A stretch of 64,000 nt of DNA from Candidatus Poribacteria bacterium (GCA_965222225.1 CBDCTK010000002.1:704001-768000); one strand, 5' to 3'. Positions 50,129 through 61,340 are shown, numbered from the stretch's first letter. The notes: a model not told the origin generated them from the letters alone. Made by a program: numbers and translations.

Positions 50129-52681
50129 TCACAATACCGACTCAAGGGTTGCCCAGAACTCATTCTCATTTTCGTTATTATAAAACGGTACACCCACAAC
50201 TTGGTATTTTTTGGTTTGAAATTCTAGAAGTTTCCCCGACGACTTTTCTTTGATCTGTTTCAAGAAATCTTCCTTCCATCTTTCGTGCTCCTGCAAGTGC
50301 GTTCCCTTTGGTTCAATAAAAATCTGGTAGGTAAGCATCTCTCCGATTTTCGCACGCAGAAAAAGAACAAAATCCGGCTCAAACGCTTGTCCATCGCAGA
50401 AGCTATAAATCTTGAAGTGCCTCTCGTTTCTCACTAAATATATCCCATCGTGGTTCTCTTTTAATGCATCGATTTTGGCGTTGAGCATCCGCACAAATGC
50501 CTTTTCTTCGCTGGTACCGTAGTTGGCATCGAATACATACCAATCCTTATTATTGACAAACTGCTTATCACCATCTGCCCTTTCGGTGCCTTCAACCAGT
50601 TTGAGGGTTTTTTCCGTGAATACTGTGTTGATATGAAGTGGTTTGAAAATCTCTGTGCCTCGGTATTCCGGTACGTTTTTGCGCAGTTCAGACGCGATTC
50701 GGTCAAGCAGCCCTGCCACGGCATCAAGACAAGCTCTGCCGGATAAAGGGTATAGATTATCGTCTTGGAATGTGATTGACAAACCAGCCAAGTACTCATC
50801 CGCCTCAATGAATTGGCGGACGGATTGGATACGAGGGAAATACCTTTTCAAAGACTTGAAAGAAAAGAATCGATTTCGTGCGATGGCCTTTCTGACGATG
50901 TGACGTGGAATGTCTATGATAGGGATACTCTTTTGCTTAGGTTCTGCGATCTGTTCAAATTCGGCATCACTGTCCAGAATTGCTTCAGAAACCCCTCTAC
51001 CGGTTGGTGGCGAATAATGGTAGTTTCTTAGTGACACACCTAAATCGTCGAATGAGGAAACGTATTCACATCCGTTCTTGACGCGTTGATTTCTATAGAC
51101 TAGTCCGCGCTCGTAAAAAGGCGAAGTTCGGAATGACTCTTTTAGTTTTAGAGTTTTTTCAACCGTTCGCTCATCGCGCATTCCCTCTTCTACAAGTGCC
51201 GTGTGAAGTTCTGAGATGTATTTGGAATCATTCAGACTGTGATAATGTAGTTCCTCAAGCACCCGTAGTTCCGCAGTCAAATCTTTGTCAAATTTTCGCC
51301 GGAATGGATCATTATCGTCTTTCGTGACAAACGGGAAATATCGCGCACCGCGTCCGATTAACTGCGCTTCGGCGATTGTGGTTTTGCCGGGTTTTCCCGC
51401 CTTGCCATCGCGAGTGGTATAGCAGCGGACGATATCGAACAAATTAAGCACATCCCATCCTTCATTCAGCTTTTGCACAGCAAAGATGGCGCGCACGCGG
51501 TTGTCGCTGTCTTCAAGGGTGTTAAGCAGAATCTGTTGATTTTCCTTCTCATCCTTTTCGTTCACTGAGATGCAACGGCTCTCATCAAATTCCCTGCGCA
51601 GCCGTTCCGCAAGCTGCCAGGGCGCTATCCGGCTTTCTTGAAAGAATTGAAACGCTCGCTTTACCAGCGGTAAGTCGGACATTTCTTGAATTCGACTAAT
51701 TTCTTCATCCGAAAGGTTTTGAATGATTTTGTGGAAACGGGCTTTATTTTGTTTAGATTGCTCTATTGTCTTTTGTGCTTTAAACAAAATGACCGGTTTT
51801 AGGTTGATACCGTGTTTGACTGCAACTGCTTGTTTATACTGATTGAGAATAAGTGCCTGAATGATTCGGTCCTTTTCCTCGAACTCTGATCGAACGATAT
51901 AGACATCCTTGGAGTAGCCGGAATTCCGAAAATTTCGTAAATCGTAGCGATACAATACCTTCCTGCGGTATTTGTCCACAAGGTTTTTGTGTGCGTAATC
52001 CAAGGTAGCGGTGAATTCCAACAGCAGATTGTCCTCATTTTGACCGAAGACGGATCTCACGGTGTCTTCCCAGCTTGTAAACAGTTCCTCACCGTTTTTG
52101 GTTGAAGCGTTCAAATGATGCCCTTCATCAGCCAAAAGCACGATTTTTTTATTCCTGAAGTCTTCGAGTGTTACGGCATTTTCCTTGTCAGTATTTAGAT
52201 AGTTTTGCAGATTCTGAATGGTAGTGAAATAGATATTGATGTCATTCTCATTAACACCTTCAAAGGTGGTGACCGGGGTCACAGACACATGTTTGGTGCC
52301 AAAAAAGATGGTTTTATTGAAAAGATATTTCGATGACGAGGCATTGAGAAAATTCTGCTTTGTCTTGTCGATGATATTGGTGGCATTAACGAAAAAAAGA
52401 AAGTTCCGATAGCCTTGTTCGTACAGATAGAGGATCAGGCCCGCCATAATGAGCGTCTTGCCGCTGCCAGTTGCCATGTTGAAAAGGAGATGAAGGGGCT
52501 TTTCTATTCCTGGGAAACCCTTAGTGAAGCAATGAAAGAAGCGTACGAAGGCCTCCTTTTGATACGGACGCAATTCAAATGCGGGGTTTAGGTTGTCCGT
52601 CACGACGGCAGGAATATCCTTATATAATTGGTTGTATTCAGAGAGGGTATTTAGTTCCTCATACAGAAATCTTTCCGCCAT
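50129..52681 (-). CDS. res: Type III restriction endonuclease (Res), helicase plus PD-(D/E)xK nuclease
   Basis: MATGSGKT, DEGHH, FTAT, LNEGWD, QLIGRGAR, FEPDF...IEPKG. Confidence 0.93.
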   Translation of the reverse strand: MAERFLYEELNTLSEYNQLYKDIPAVVTDNLNPAFELRPYQKEAFVRFFHCFTKGFPGIEKPLHLLFNMATGSGKTLIMAGLILYLYEQGYRNFLFFVNATNIIDKTKQNFLNASSSKYLFNKTIFFGTKHVSVTPVTTFEGVNENDINIYFTTIQNLQNYLNTDKENAVTLEDFRNKKIVLLADEGHHLNASTKNGEELFTSWEDTVRSVFGQNEDNLLLEFTATLDYAHKNLVDKYRRKVLYRYDLRNFRNSGYSKDVYIVRSEFEEKDRIIQALILNQYKQAVAVKHGINLKPVILFKAQKTIEQSKQNKARFHKIIQNLSDEEISRIQEMSDLPLVKRAFQFFQESRIAPWQLAERLRREFDESRCISVNEKDEKENQQILLNTLEDSDNRVRAIFAVQKLNEGWDVLNLFDIVRCYTTRDGKAGKPGKTTIAEAQLIGRGARYFPFVTKDDNDPFRRKFDKDLTAELRVLEELHYHSLNDSKYISELHTALVEEGMRDERTVEKTLKLKESFRTSPFYERGLVYRNQRVKNGCEYVSSFDDLGVSLRNYHYSPPTGRGVSEAILDSDAEFEQIAEPKQKSIPIIDIPRHIVRKAIARNRFFSFKSLKRYFPRIQSVRQFIEADEYLAGLSITFQDDNLYPLSGRACLDAVAGLLDRIASELRKNVPEYRGTEIFKPLHINTVFTEKTLKLVEGTERADGDKQFVNNKDWYVFDANYGTSEEKAFVRMLNAKIDALKENHDGIYLVRNERHFKIYSFCDGQAFEPDFVLFLRAKIGEMLTYQIFIEPKGTHLQEHERWKEDFLKQIKEKSSGKLLEFQTKKYQVVGVPFYNNENENEFWATLESVL

Positions 52682-52699
52682 TACACATGTCCTTTCAAC

Positions 52700-53437
52700 T
52701 TACTCCCACGTGGGGTTGTCCGCTAGGGAAGATCTAGCAACTGGAACGTCTAAGTTGTAGCGAGCCACGACTGATGTAATCAGTTCTAAGAACCATTCGG
52801 GAGCATAAGGAGCAACGATCACGTCCTGTATTAGGAGAGAAAGATCGACTCCGTAATATTTGCCATTATCGAACATTTCCTGAGAAGTATCAACTTTACC
52901 TTCCTTCGTAGGAATTGTTAGAACGATGGCTCTGACTTCTCGTTCGTGCTCAAAGCTCTTTCGCTTGTGGAGAAAAGGAAAGAGTATATTAGATTCGGGG
53001 ATAAAATCTCTCTCATAATCGACATAGTTAACTTTTCCGATAAAGACATCCTCACGAGTTGTAAAACTCGTTTTGAATGATTTGAAACCGCTCTTAATAG
53101 CAATTCCATCCGTTTCTCGAGAATATAATCTCCACATCGCCGCCGATTCATGGATACTCTCATGCCAGCAACTTATCAGTGTATATCGGCGTACTTCTTT
53201 GGTAAAATGCACCCATCCTTGTAGGGAGTCTTCAGATTTTTTCCCGGCGTACAATTTAGGACGTAGCTCCCTGTTCATTCTTGAGTAAGAACCCTCAAAA
53301 GGGTCGTCAAATTTATCCGCGCGCGCAAAAAACAGGGCACTTCTTTCAAGAAGGGAAACAAACTTGGTAAAGTCTAGGTATCGCCATAAAATTGCATCGT
53401 CGCGTGGAGACGTATAATCTTCATGGTCCTTGTACAT
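52700..53437 (-). CDS. DUF2971-like protein
   Basis: LWRY, FDDPFEG, ISCWH, AMWRLYS, HKRKSFEHEREVR. Confidence 0.72.
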   Translation of the reverse strand: MYKDHEDYTSPRDDAILWRYLDFTKFVSLLERSALFFARADKFDDPFEGSYSRMNRELRPKLYAGKKSEDSLQGWVHFTKEVRRYTLISCWHESIHESAAMWRLYSRETDGIAIKSGFKSFKTSFTTREDVFIGKVNYVDYERDFIPESNILFPFLHKRKSFEHEREVRAIVLTIPTKEGKVDTSQEMFDNGKYYGVDLSLLIQDVIVAPYAPEWFLELITSVVARYNLDVPVARSSLADNPTWE

Positions 53438-53748
53438 CTATAAACCTCTTGCACAAGTAAAATATTGGAAAACTTCAATAATTTGCAACTATAGCCATTA
53501 TCTTACGAAATCTCACAAATGCTATCCGAGACAGGCGAACGCGCAATTGATTTTGTCTACCAAGTAACACTCGACATTGCGCTCCTCTGGAGCGCGGGAA
53601 TTTGGACATACCGCATTCTATCAACATACCGATCCTCTGGATCGAAAACCTGGATTCTATGTAATAATAAGTGTTACTTGCTGAAAGAATTATTCCGACA
53701 GGGATAATGGCGCACTCTCAAGTGCACTACCAAATCTGAGATTTGTTT

Positions 53749-56311
53749 TCAACTCGGCAGATACTTGTCATGGAGTTGTTCCTTGACAACGCCCTCCGAT
53801 ATCCATTCATCGACCTGTTCGTCTGGATACCCAATCTCCAACAGAACCTCTCTCGTGTCACTTCCAATCTTCGGCATTGGGCGTCCCAATCTGATTGACG
53901 CATTCTTCAAGCGGGCATACATCGGTGAGGGAGTATCCACCGGATTTCCGATGGGGTGGTCCATCATCCGGATGACGGAAATCGAACGACCATCGTCCCA
54001 CTCGTCAACCGATGCATCGGTATTGACCTGATGTAGATAGGCGTCGCGAATATCTTCAAGGCAGTCCACGCGATGGCAGCCCAAGTCCACATCTTGAAAA
54101 ATCTCAAGCCAAAAATCCAAAGGTTGTTTCCGAATCGCCTTTTCCAAGAACTGGGTCTGTCCCTCATCTGATACGTCCGTGACAGGAAATTCGGACAATG
54201 TCGGAATCTGCTTCACCTTACTCCGATCCGATGTCTTGCCGGCAAGGAATAGCCATCCATCGCTGGCGCGGTATATCCTATACAGCGCATGTTCGCCCGT
54301 GGCATCTTGGCCCTGCGGTTCGTCCCCGATGATCGATGTGTCTTCGTGGCATACATTAACGGGGCCTGCACCAACTGAGCTCCCTGCGCAAGTGAGGTCA
54401 TTGCTGGGTCACCTTTCCCGCTTCGCTTGCGTTTGAACAGCGCCAACGCCGCGCCAAAGCTGGCTGAGTAGCCCGTCAGGTAATCGACGCAGGATGCCCA
54501 TCCGTGTAACATGGGGCTCTGCCCCTTTCCACCGTAGCGAAGCATAATGCCAGTGGCAGCTTGTAACACGGGATCGAACCCTCTCCGATTGCCCCAAGGA
54601 CCGGGGCGAGGTCCGTTGAATGCGGTAAGGTGCACACAGATGATGTCCGGGTTGTGCCGCTTCAAACTTTCGTAGTCAACGCCTATCCGCTCGGGCACGC
54701 CCGGGCTAAAATTGTGGACAACGACATCCGCCGTGTTCACCAGTTCATGGAAAATGTTTCTTCCGTCTTCGCTCTTAATGTCTAGAATAATACTACGTTT
54801 CCCTTGGCTGACCTCCATGGCGCTCCAACACACTATCCCGGGACCAAAATATGGCGATGGCGGGTCGATTTTGATGACATCCGCGCCGTATTCTGCAAGC
54901 GTGCGTGCGCTCGCGGGGCCTGCAAGCACCGTCGAAAGATCCAAGACCTTCAACCCGTCTAGGATTAGTTTCTTCGGCACTTCCGTCGATCGAATTCCTT
55001 CCGCATCGGATAGATGTGTACGGTCGGTAGACATCTCATCAAATTCACCCGTAAACTGTGTAGCCGGTTTTGGTTGCAGCCATTCGTCAGGGGTTTTTGA
55101 GAGCGATGTTTGAACTCCGAATTGCCGCATCTTTCCGTGGTCAGGATCATCAACTGTGACCGTTAACGCGGCAGCCTCTGGTTCGGGGGCGAGTAACCAA
55201 TCCTGAGCGGTTCGATGGACGGTGAACGGAACACCGGCGGCACGTATTGCTTGCTCCCAGTGAGTTGCCGGTTTTGTCAAAAACGCAGTTGTCATCCGCT
55301 CCGTGATTGTGTTATTCCACGCCTTGGAAAGACCGCCGGGATTCTGCACATTATTGGTCCGTTCAAGATTTTCGTAACACGGTACATTGACCATGTCATC
55401 ACGGAGAAGCTGGTCGTATATCCCCAGCGCTTTGAACAGTCGAATTGTAAGCCTGCCGTTACCCGCGGTATGGAGATGCACCCAGTTGTCGTCGCCCGTT
55501 AGGTACGTCGAAAAAAGTGGCGACCCCAAGTCCGACGCCTCACGCCAATGTGCTTGTCGATCTTTATAGCTCATTTTTTCTACGCGAGCGCGTTCGTCGC
55601 GTAGTTGTGCGTTGTCAGACATCTTTGACGATCGACTTCCGTAGTTAGCCGGGGGTTTTTCCACATGGAGGATCATCCCACTCATCGCCGACATCGCCGC
55701 ACCCACGAGCGGGACTTCAATCACCTCACCACTACCGGTTTCCTCTCGTGCGTATTATGCCAAGACAACCGCGAGTGCGCCGTGAATCGCACCGTAGGCG
55801 GACCCCAGCGGAATCGGCGTGTATACACTGGCGGGGCACCGAGGAGTCTCCGTTTAGCGGGGTGCAGATCCCAGTACAGACCGCTAGCCGCGCCGACGAT
55901 GCCTTCAAAAGCGCGAATTGAACGTTTCTCACTATCCGTCGAGGCAAACCCCGGCAGGGACAGATAAATCAGCCGGGGGTTTAGCCGCCTGGCCTCATCA
56001 TGCCCTAACCCGAGGCGAGTCAATACGCCGGGACGGAAGTTCTCAATTAGAACATCCGCAGATTCGATCAATTTTTTTGCAGTTTCGAAATCATCCGGCG
56101 TTTTCAGATTGAGTTGTAACTTCTGTTTGCCTCGATTGAAGGTCGCGTTGGCTGGCGTGTCATAGTCGGGTGTACCCGGTCGATCAATTTTGACAACTTC
56201 GGCTCCTTGATCTGCGAGGAGCATACCCACAAGGGGACCGGCAATGTAGTGACCAAAATCAATGACACGAATGCCCGTTAGCGGGGGTTGTATTTCTAGC
56301 GTTGTGTCCAT
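53749..56311 (-). pseudogene. Tandem-domain CaiB/BaiF (family III) CoA-transferase, disrupted
   Basis: Three overlapping ORFs join into one gene with two CaiB domains. Frameshift near 55820 (YTPIPLGSAYG restored), in-frame TAA near 55756, and frameshift near 54325 (GDEPQGQ restored). Confidence 0.85.
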
Positions 56312-56454
56312 TGTAACAGCCTTTTTTCAGAAACGTGATGTGAACAAATTTCAATATAATAATCTATCTTTTGAAGCGACTAAGAAGAATAGGATTGAAG
56401 AATGGAAAGTTCTCTTCCACGCCACCCTCAGCAAATAGTTGGGTTTCGCTGCGC

Positions 56455-57669
56455 TCAACCCAACCTACGAACTTCCTGCTGGGAGATGACATCTGCTGTC
56501 TCTCTGGCAACAATGATTTCTTCATTTGTCGGAACGACGAGAATCTTTACACGACTCTCGCCGGTGGAAATCTCTCCTTCACCGGTGTGACGTTCATTCT
56601 TGTCCGGATCGAGTCGAATACCACACCATTCCAGTCCATCACAGATAGTGGACCGAGCGGTAATGCTTTTTTCACCTATTCCCCCAGCGAATGCAATGAC
56701 ATCAACTCCTCCGAGCGCAGCGATGTAGGCGCCGATGTATTTCTTGACGCCGTAAAAATAGGTGTCCATCGCGAGTCGGGCATCGTCATTGCCAGCGTTG
56801 GCGGCGGCTTCCACATCTCGCAGGTCGCCGCTTACCCCGGAGATGCCGAGTAGCCCAGACTCTTGGATTAGCTGGCGTCGAATTTCGTTGGTGCCCCATC
56901 CCTCCTTGTCCATCACGTAGAGAACGGCGAATGGATCGAGATCCCCGCTGCGCGTTGACTGGATCACGCCGTATTGGGTTGAAGTGCCTAAAGTTGTGTC
57001 AATTGACTGGCCATCTCGAATGGCACACAAGGATGAGCTTCCACCAAGATGGCAAGAGATAATCCGCAACTCGCGACGATCTTCTTCAAGCAGTTGGGGC
57101 ACCCGCTCAGAGACGTAACGGTGCGATGCACCGTGAAATCCGTAGCGCCTAATCTTATGGCGTTCAACCCAAGTGCGGGGCACGCCGAACTCGTAGGCGT
57201 AATCGCAAATTGTCTGATGGAACCAGGTTTCAAAGACAGCAACAAGCGGGGTGTTCGGGAGGAGTTCTTGAAAGCTGCGTATTGACGCGATATACGCAGG
57301 GTTGTGAGTCGGTGCAAGGGGAATATACGCTTCAAGCGCTTTAATCACATCATCGGTAATTAATGCAGAACGCCATATATCCTTGGCAATGATGGTTTTG
57401 AATCCAACTCCCGCCAACTCTTTGAAATCTCTAATTACCGGCGCGTCACCGTTGGTAATCAGATTAATCGCGTGTTCAATAGCCGCATTATGATTTTCAG
57501 CACCAATCTCTCCCTGAATCTCGCGTTTTCCCGGAACGGAATGGTTAAACAACGATGGTGGATTGCCGATCCGTTCCACCATCCCTTTGACAAGAGAGTG
57601 TGATGTTTCAACGTCGATAATCTGGTATTTGAATGAGGTGCTTCCGACGTTAGCGCAGAGAATCAGCAT
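56455..57669 (-). CDS. ackA: Acetate/propionate kinase
   Basis: NVGSTSFKY, APTHN, RRYGFHGASH, CHLGGSSS, TRSGDLD, GGIGE, PTNEE. Confidence 0.93.
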   Translation of the reverse strand: MLILCANVGSTSFKYQIIDVETSHSLVKGMVERIGNPPSLFNHSVPGKREIQGEIGAENHNAAIEHAINLITNGDAPVIRDFKELAGVGFKTIIAKDIWRSALITDDVIKALEAYIPLAPTHNPAYIASIRSFQELLPNTPLVAVFETWFHQTICDYAYEFGVPRTWVERHKIRRYGFHGASHRYVSERVPQLLEEDRRELRIISCHLGGSSSLCAIRDGQSIDTTLGTSTQYGVIQSTRSGDLDPFAVLYVMDKEGWGTNEIRRQLIQESGLLGISGVSGDLRDVEAAANAGNDDARLAMDTYFYGVKKYIGAYIAALGGVDVIAFAGGIGEKSITARSTICDGLEWCGIRLDPDKNERHTGEGEISTGESRVKILVVPTNEEIIVARETADVISQQEVRRLG

Positions 57670-57705
57670 GTTGTTTCTTTACTGAGAAGCTCAAAATCTA
57701 ACAAG

Positions 57706-57734
57706 AAAAAAGCGATGCGCCTTGGCATCGCTTT
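57706..57734 (-). terminator. Intrinsic terminator between pafA and ackA
   Basis: Minus strand reads aaagcgatgc-caaggc-gcatcgcttttttc. Confidence 0.65.
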
Positions 57735-57982
57735 ATTTGATAGTTTTCTCTCTATGAATATACGTCATCAAACTTACGCATTTCGGACTCTTGAAGCCAA
57801 AATGACTCTTGGAAGAAACCGAGATTTCAAGAAATAACTCGGTTCCTAACTTACAAGAATTGCGGCTTGCGTTTGACTTTGATGAATTATCGACTCACTT
57901 GGGAAAGGCACAATTTGTTCAAATCAGGAGAACCTCTCGGGGCAACGACCCTTGGCGCCATTCCCCAGATAATCTTTGAAAT

Positions 57983-59485
57983 CTATTCTGCTCTCACTCG
58001 TTGCAGTCGTGTTCTTCGAGAATTTTGTCGATGTGATTGATCTTGTTTTTCCCGCTGCGGAACCATTCTTGGCTGCCGACTCAGGCGTTTCAGTAAACCC
58101 TCGACTTCTTCCTCGTAGGTTTGAAATGGGTCTTCCATTTCAAACGGCTCCTCGTGGGTAAAGTAGATTTGATGCCAGTCAACGATACACGGCATATTAT
58201 TTTGAGAAAGGTAACGCATGACAGCGGCGCGCGCTTTCGCGCGTGTGGCTTGCGGGGCATTGCGAATCGCGGTGTCAATCTTCTCCGGTGTTACAAGCTG
58301 AATCATTTCCCCTTGGTTTTCCAATTCGTAATAAAGACTCCGGTCAGGGTGAATATGGTGATATTCCAAGTCAAGGCTTTCGAGCCAAGGATCGTCCCAA
58401 CTTAGACCCTCATCCTCCATAAACGCCTCAAGCAACCATTTCTTTGCCGCCCAATCAACCCGATCGCGTACACTTCGCCAATCTTGTTCAAGATCGCCTA
58501 ACACGGATTCCCAATTTGCCAACACCCAATCCGTGTCATCGTCTTGTCCTTTCAAAATCTTTTGTGCAAGTTCAAGGTATTTGCGTTGGAGGTCGATCGC
58601 CGAGATTGTTTCGCCGGACTCAAGCTCGACAATCCATTGTAGGCTTTGGTCTCGCGAGATATCTTTCAAGGCACCCACCGGATCGGTTAAAGCAATATTA
58701 GCCGGTTGATGCCCTCTTTCGATGAGGTCAAGCACCAGCGATGTCGTTCCAACTTTCAGCGCGGTAGCGTATTCGGACATATTGGTGTCTCCAACGAGCA
58801 GGTGGAGACGACGATATTTCGTGTAGTCCGATAGCGGCTCATCACGTGTGTTAATGATTGCCCTACTAAACTGGATCCATTCATAAATCTCGGTGACGAT
58901 GTGATCCGCACGTTGAGATATCTGAAAGCCGTGAAATGCATCAGAACGAGGTTGAACGTCTTCGAATTCCAGAATCTCCTCATACCCTCCAACCCTGCCT
59001 GCCCCTGCATATATTTGCCTCGTAACGAAAAACGGCATCAGTGCCGGAATAACAACTCTGTAGAATGGAATGTCACGCCGGAGTTGGTAGTTTTCATGAC
59101 AGCCGAAAGTTGCACCTGTAAAATGGTCAATGTTATTCTTGAAGAACGAAACGGCCTCATTTAGTCCCAACTCATCCGTGATATGTGCTATCAAGCGTTC
59201 AATTGCTTTGTCGTAGGCAACGATCGACAGGAGGTCAACGCACTCAGGGGTTGCATACTCAAGGTGCCCCATGTCTATATAAAGTCGCCCACCGTTGAAA
59301 AGGAAGCCGCCATTACCCGGCGGTTCGCCGTAGTCGCGATAATGGATGTCAGAAATACCGAGTTGTAGCTCGTGGAAGACGTGATCTCGGACTACGGAAG
59401 CGATTCCTTCGGACGAGATACTTAGTTGGTTCGCTTCAATCATGCATCCGAATTCTGTTTCGATTCCAAATATGCGCTTGCTCAA
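57983..59485 (-). CDS. pafA: Pup/UBact-protein ligase (PafA family)
   Basis: RIFGIETEFG, FLFNGGRLYIDMGHLEYATPE, GCHENY, SQRADH, RAIINTRDEP. Confidence 0.88.
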   Translation of the reverse strand: MSKRIFGIETEFGCMIEANQLSISSEGIASVVRDHVFHELQLGISDIHYRDYGEPPGNGGFLFNGGRLYIDMGHLEYATPECVDLLSIVAYDKAIERLIAHITDELGLNEAVSFFKNNIDHFTGATFGCHENYQLRRDIPFYRVVIPALMPFFVTRQIYAGAGRVGGYEEILEFEDVQPRSDAFHGFQISQRADHIVTEIYEWIQFSRAIINTRDEPLSDYTKYRRLHLLVGDTNMSEYATALKVGTTSLVLDLIERGHQPANIALTDPVGALKDISRDQSLQWIVELESGETISAIDLQRKYLELAQKILKGQDDDTDWVLANWESVLGDLEQDWRSVRDRVDWAAKKWLLEAFMEDEGLSWDDPWLESLDLEYHHIHPDRSLYYELENQGEMIQLVTPEKIDTAIRNAPQATRAKARAAVMRYLSQNNMPCIVDWHQIYFTHEEPFEMEDPFQTYEEEVEGLLKRLSRQPRMVPQREKQDQSHRQNSRRTRLQRVRAE

Positions 59486-59527
59486 AATCTTCCTCGGGTG
59501 TTTCGGCGTTAGCCATAAAGGATTGTG

Positions 59528-60313
59528 TTACAACCAATCGGCGGTCAGGCTTTCAATTTCCTCCGGTTGAAGTAAGCGGAATTTGTTATTACCTCGACGT
59601 GTGATGTCCAAAACCGCAGCTTCAATTTGACCGTCTTTCAACTCTTCCTTCAGGACATCGTGCACCTGCTCACGATTTGCGTGTAATTCAACGTCTTCAG
59701 TCGAATTGGAACCATCATCTTCCTGTAGGCTTAAACCTCGCCCCACTGCCCACACCTCCAAAGCCAAGCGTGTAGTAGAAATAAGGGTTGCATCGCTCGA
59801 ATCGGAAGCAGCCAAATATTGGTGCATCGCATTTTCAATGGCGTCGGTGCCTCCAATCAATTGAGCACGACGATCTGTCGTGACAGTGCCATCATAGCTT
59901 ATGGAAACGAACTGGTTTTCCTTACCGTGCGTTCCTAATTCAGCCAATAGCATCTTGATGATGGGAGCGGCTCCGAACACGGACTCGAATGCTTGTTTAA
60001 TTGCGGGGCAAAGAACAAAGTTCGCTAGTCGATGCAGCGTTACATCGTCCACCGAGTTTTGAAATCCTTGCACAGAGGCAGTATCCGTCGCCAACATTCG
60101 CAACTGCTCTATATAGGCGGGGTGACCGATCGCGGACAATGCGGTTAGGTTGTGTACTTCAAAAATTTTACGCTGACCACCTCCGACCGTGAGAAGCAAC
60201 ATCCCGTCGGTGTAGTTCAACCCAACGACAGGACTGCCCGGCCGAAGCTGGTCTTCAATGTAATCTCTACGATCATTTATCGCCTCTATCCAGCGATATG
60301 GTTCATCTAGCAT
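59528..60313 (-). CDS. prcA: Proteasome alpha subunit
   Basis: GSPVVGL, RKIFEVH, SAIGH, IEAAVLD; directly follows the beta subunit. Confidence 0.88.
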   Translation of the reverse strand: MLDEPYRWIEAINDRRDYIEDQLRPGSPVVGLNYTDGMLLLTVGGGQRKIFEVHNLTALSAIGHPAYIEQLRMLATDTASVQGFQNSVDDVTLHRLANFVLCPAIKQAFESVFGAAPIIKMLLAELGTHGKENQFVSISYDGTVTTDRRAQLIGGTDAIENAMHQYLAASDSSDATLISTTRLALEVWAVGRGLSLQEDDGSNSTEDVELHANREQVHDVLKEELKDGQIEAAVLDITRRGNNKFRLLQPEEIESLTADWL

Positions 60314-61139
60314 AATCTACGTCAACGAATTCGGTATAAATTTCGCCTAGCTGTTGCTCGGGCAAATCGTGAATACCCTCACGAGTGATTGTCTTGAGTG
60401 TTGGGAAAATGTGGGATTTTGGGTTATATCCACTAGTTGCGACATCGTATTCAGACGCTGTGTCAAGAAGTCTCAACACCGTGCGAGTCGCCTGTTGTTC
60501 GTCCATCTCAGCGAGTGGTCCACCTTCCCAGCGATCCAAATAACGCAAAATGCCTCGAATCCAAACCGATCCGGAGCCGGACACGGCAAAAGCAGCGTTT
60601 TCGAAGTGTGCGCCGAGCGCGTCATAGAAATAAATTTTTCCGCCGTTCTCATCTTCTTGATGATTCAAGTCGTAGAGTGAAAAGATAGGAATCACTGCGC
60701 CAATCCCTTGTAACGCCATTGGCAAGTTTTCTCGAATTAGACGTGAGAGCATCCTCAGCTTTCCTTCTACGCTTAGTTCTTGAAGTTGACTTCGACGGAA
60801 ATACTGAAATGAATGTTCAAGCACCCTCGCCATTTCGTAGGCGATAGCCGGAGATCCTGAGATAGCCAAGACAGAATATTCATCTATCGGCAACACTTTC
60901 TCAGCGCGGTCGTACATGACGGATGTTCCAGCCGTTGCTCGTCGATCTCCGGCAATCAGAATACCATCCCGATAACGCACCGCAATAACAGTTGTTCCCT
61001 CCGCTATCTCCAATTTATGGGCAACAACATCTCCGGTTGCTCCAACGGGCAAACTTTTTGGGTTCAAATCGCCAGTACCGAGTTGGATGTGGCAGTTCTG
61101 AGATTTCAAGAGACTGAGGAAGTCCCCTTTGTGGCTCAT
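60303..61139 (-). CDS. prcB: Proteasome beta subunit
   Basis: Propeptide then G|TTVIAVRY, AGDRRATAG, SGSGS, YDVATSG. Confidence 0.92.
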   Translation of the reverse strand: MSHKGDFLSLLKSQNCHIQLGTGDLNPKSLPVGATGDVVAHKLEIAEGTTVIAVRYRDGILIAGDRRATAGTSVMYDRAEKVLPIDEYSVLAISGSPAIAYEMARVLEHSFQYFRRSQLQELSVEGKLRMLSRLIRENLPMALQGIGAVIPIFSLYDLNHQEDENGGKIYFYDALGAHFENAAFAVSGSGSVWIRGILRYLDRWEGGPLAEMDEQQATRTVLRLLDTASEYDVATSGYNPKSHIFPTLKTITREGIHDLPEQQLGEIYTEFVDVDYAR

Positions 61140-61142
61140 TAA

Positions 61143-61340
61143 CTATTCCCCTGTCCTCTGGCGATAGTTGCGTGACTGGTTTTTCTTGACACGCCGCATG
61201 CGGTTGAGTAGTTCCTTCCTGTCGGGACTGTTCGTGTCCGGGCGTTTTGGTCCTTCATCATCGCCACCGTCGCCTGGTCCAAAAGGCTTCACGGGTCGCT
61301 GTTGTCGATCTCTCAGGTGCATAAGCGCATCTGCTGTCAT
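61143..61340 (-). CDS. ubact: Ubiquitin-like protein UBact (Pup analogue)
   Basis: 65-aa disordered protein ending YRQRTGE (R[T/S]G[E/Q] signature), located between dop and prcB, RBS aggagg. Confidence 0.9.
   Translation of the reverse strand: MTADALMHLRDRQQRPVKPFGPGDGGDDEGPKRPDTNSPDRKELLNRMRRVKKNQSRNYRQRTGE

Noticed and set aside
61143-61340. Calling the small modifier Pup
   Set aside because: It ends in RTGE rather than GG[E/Q], which matches UBact.
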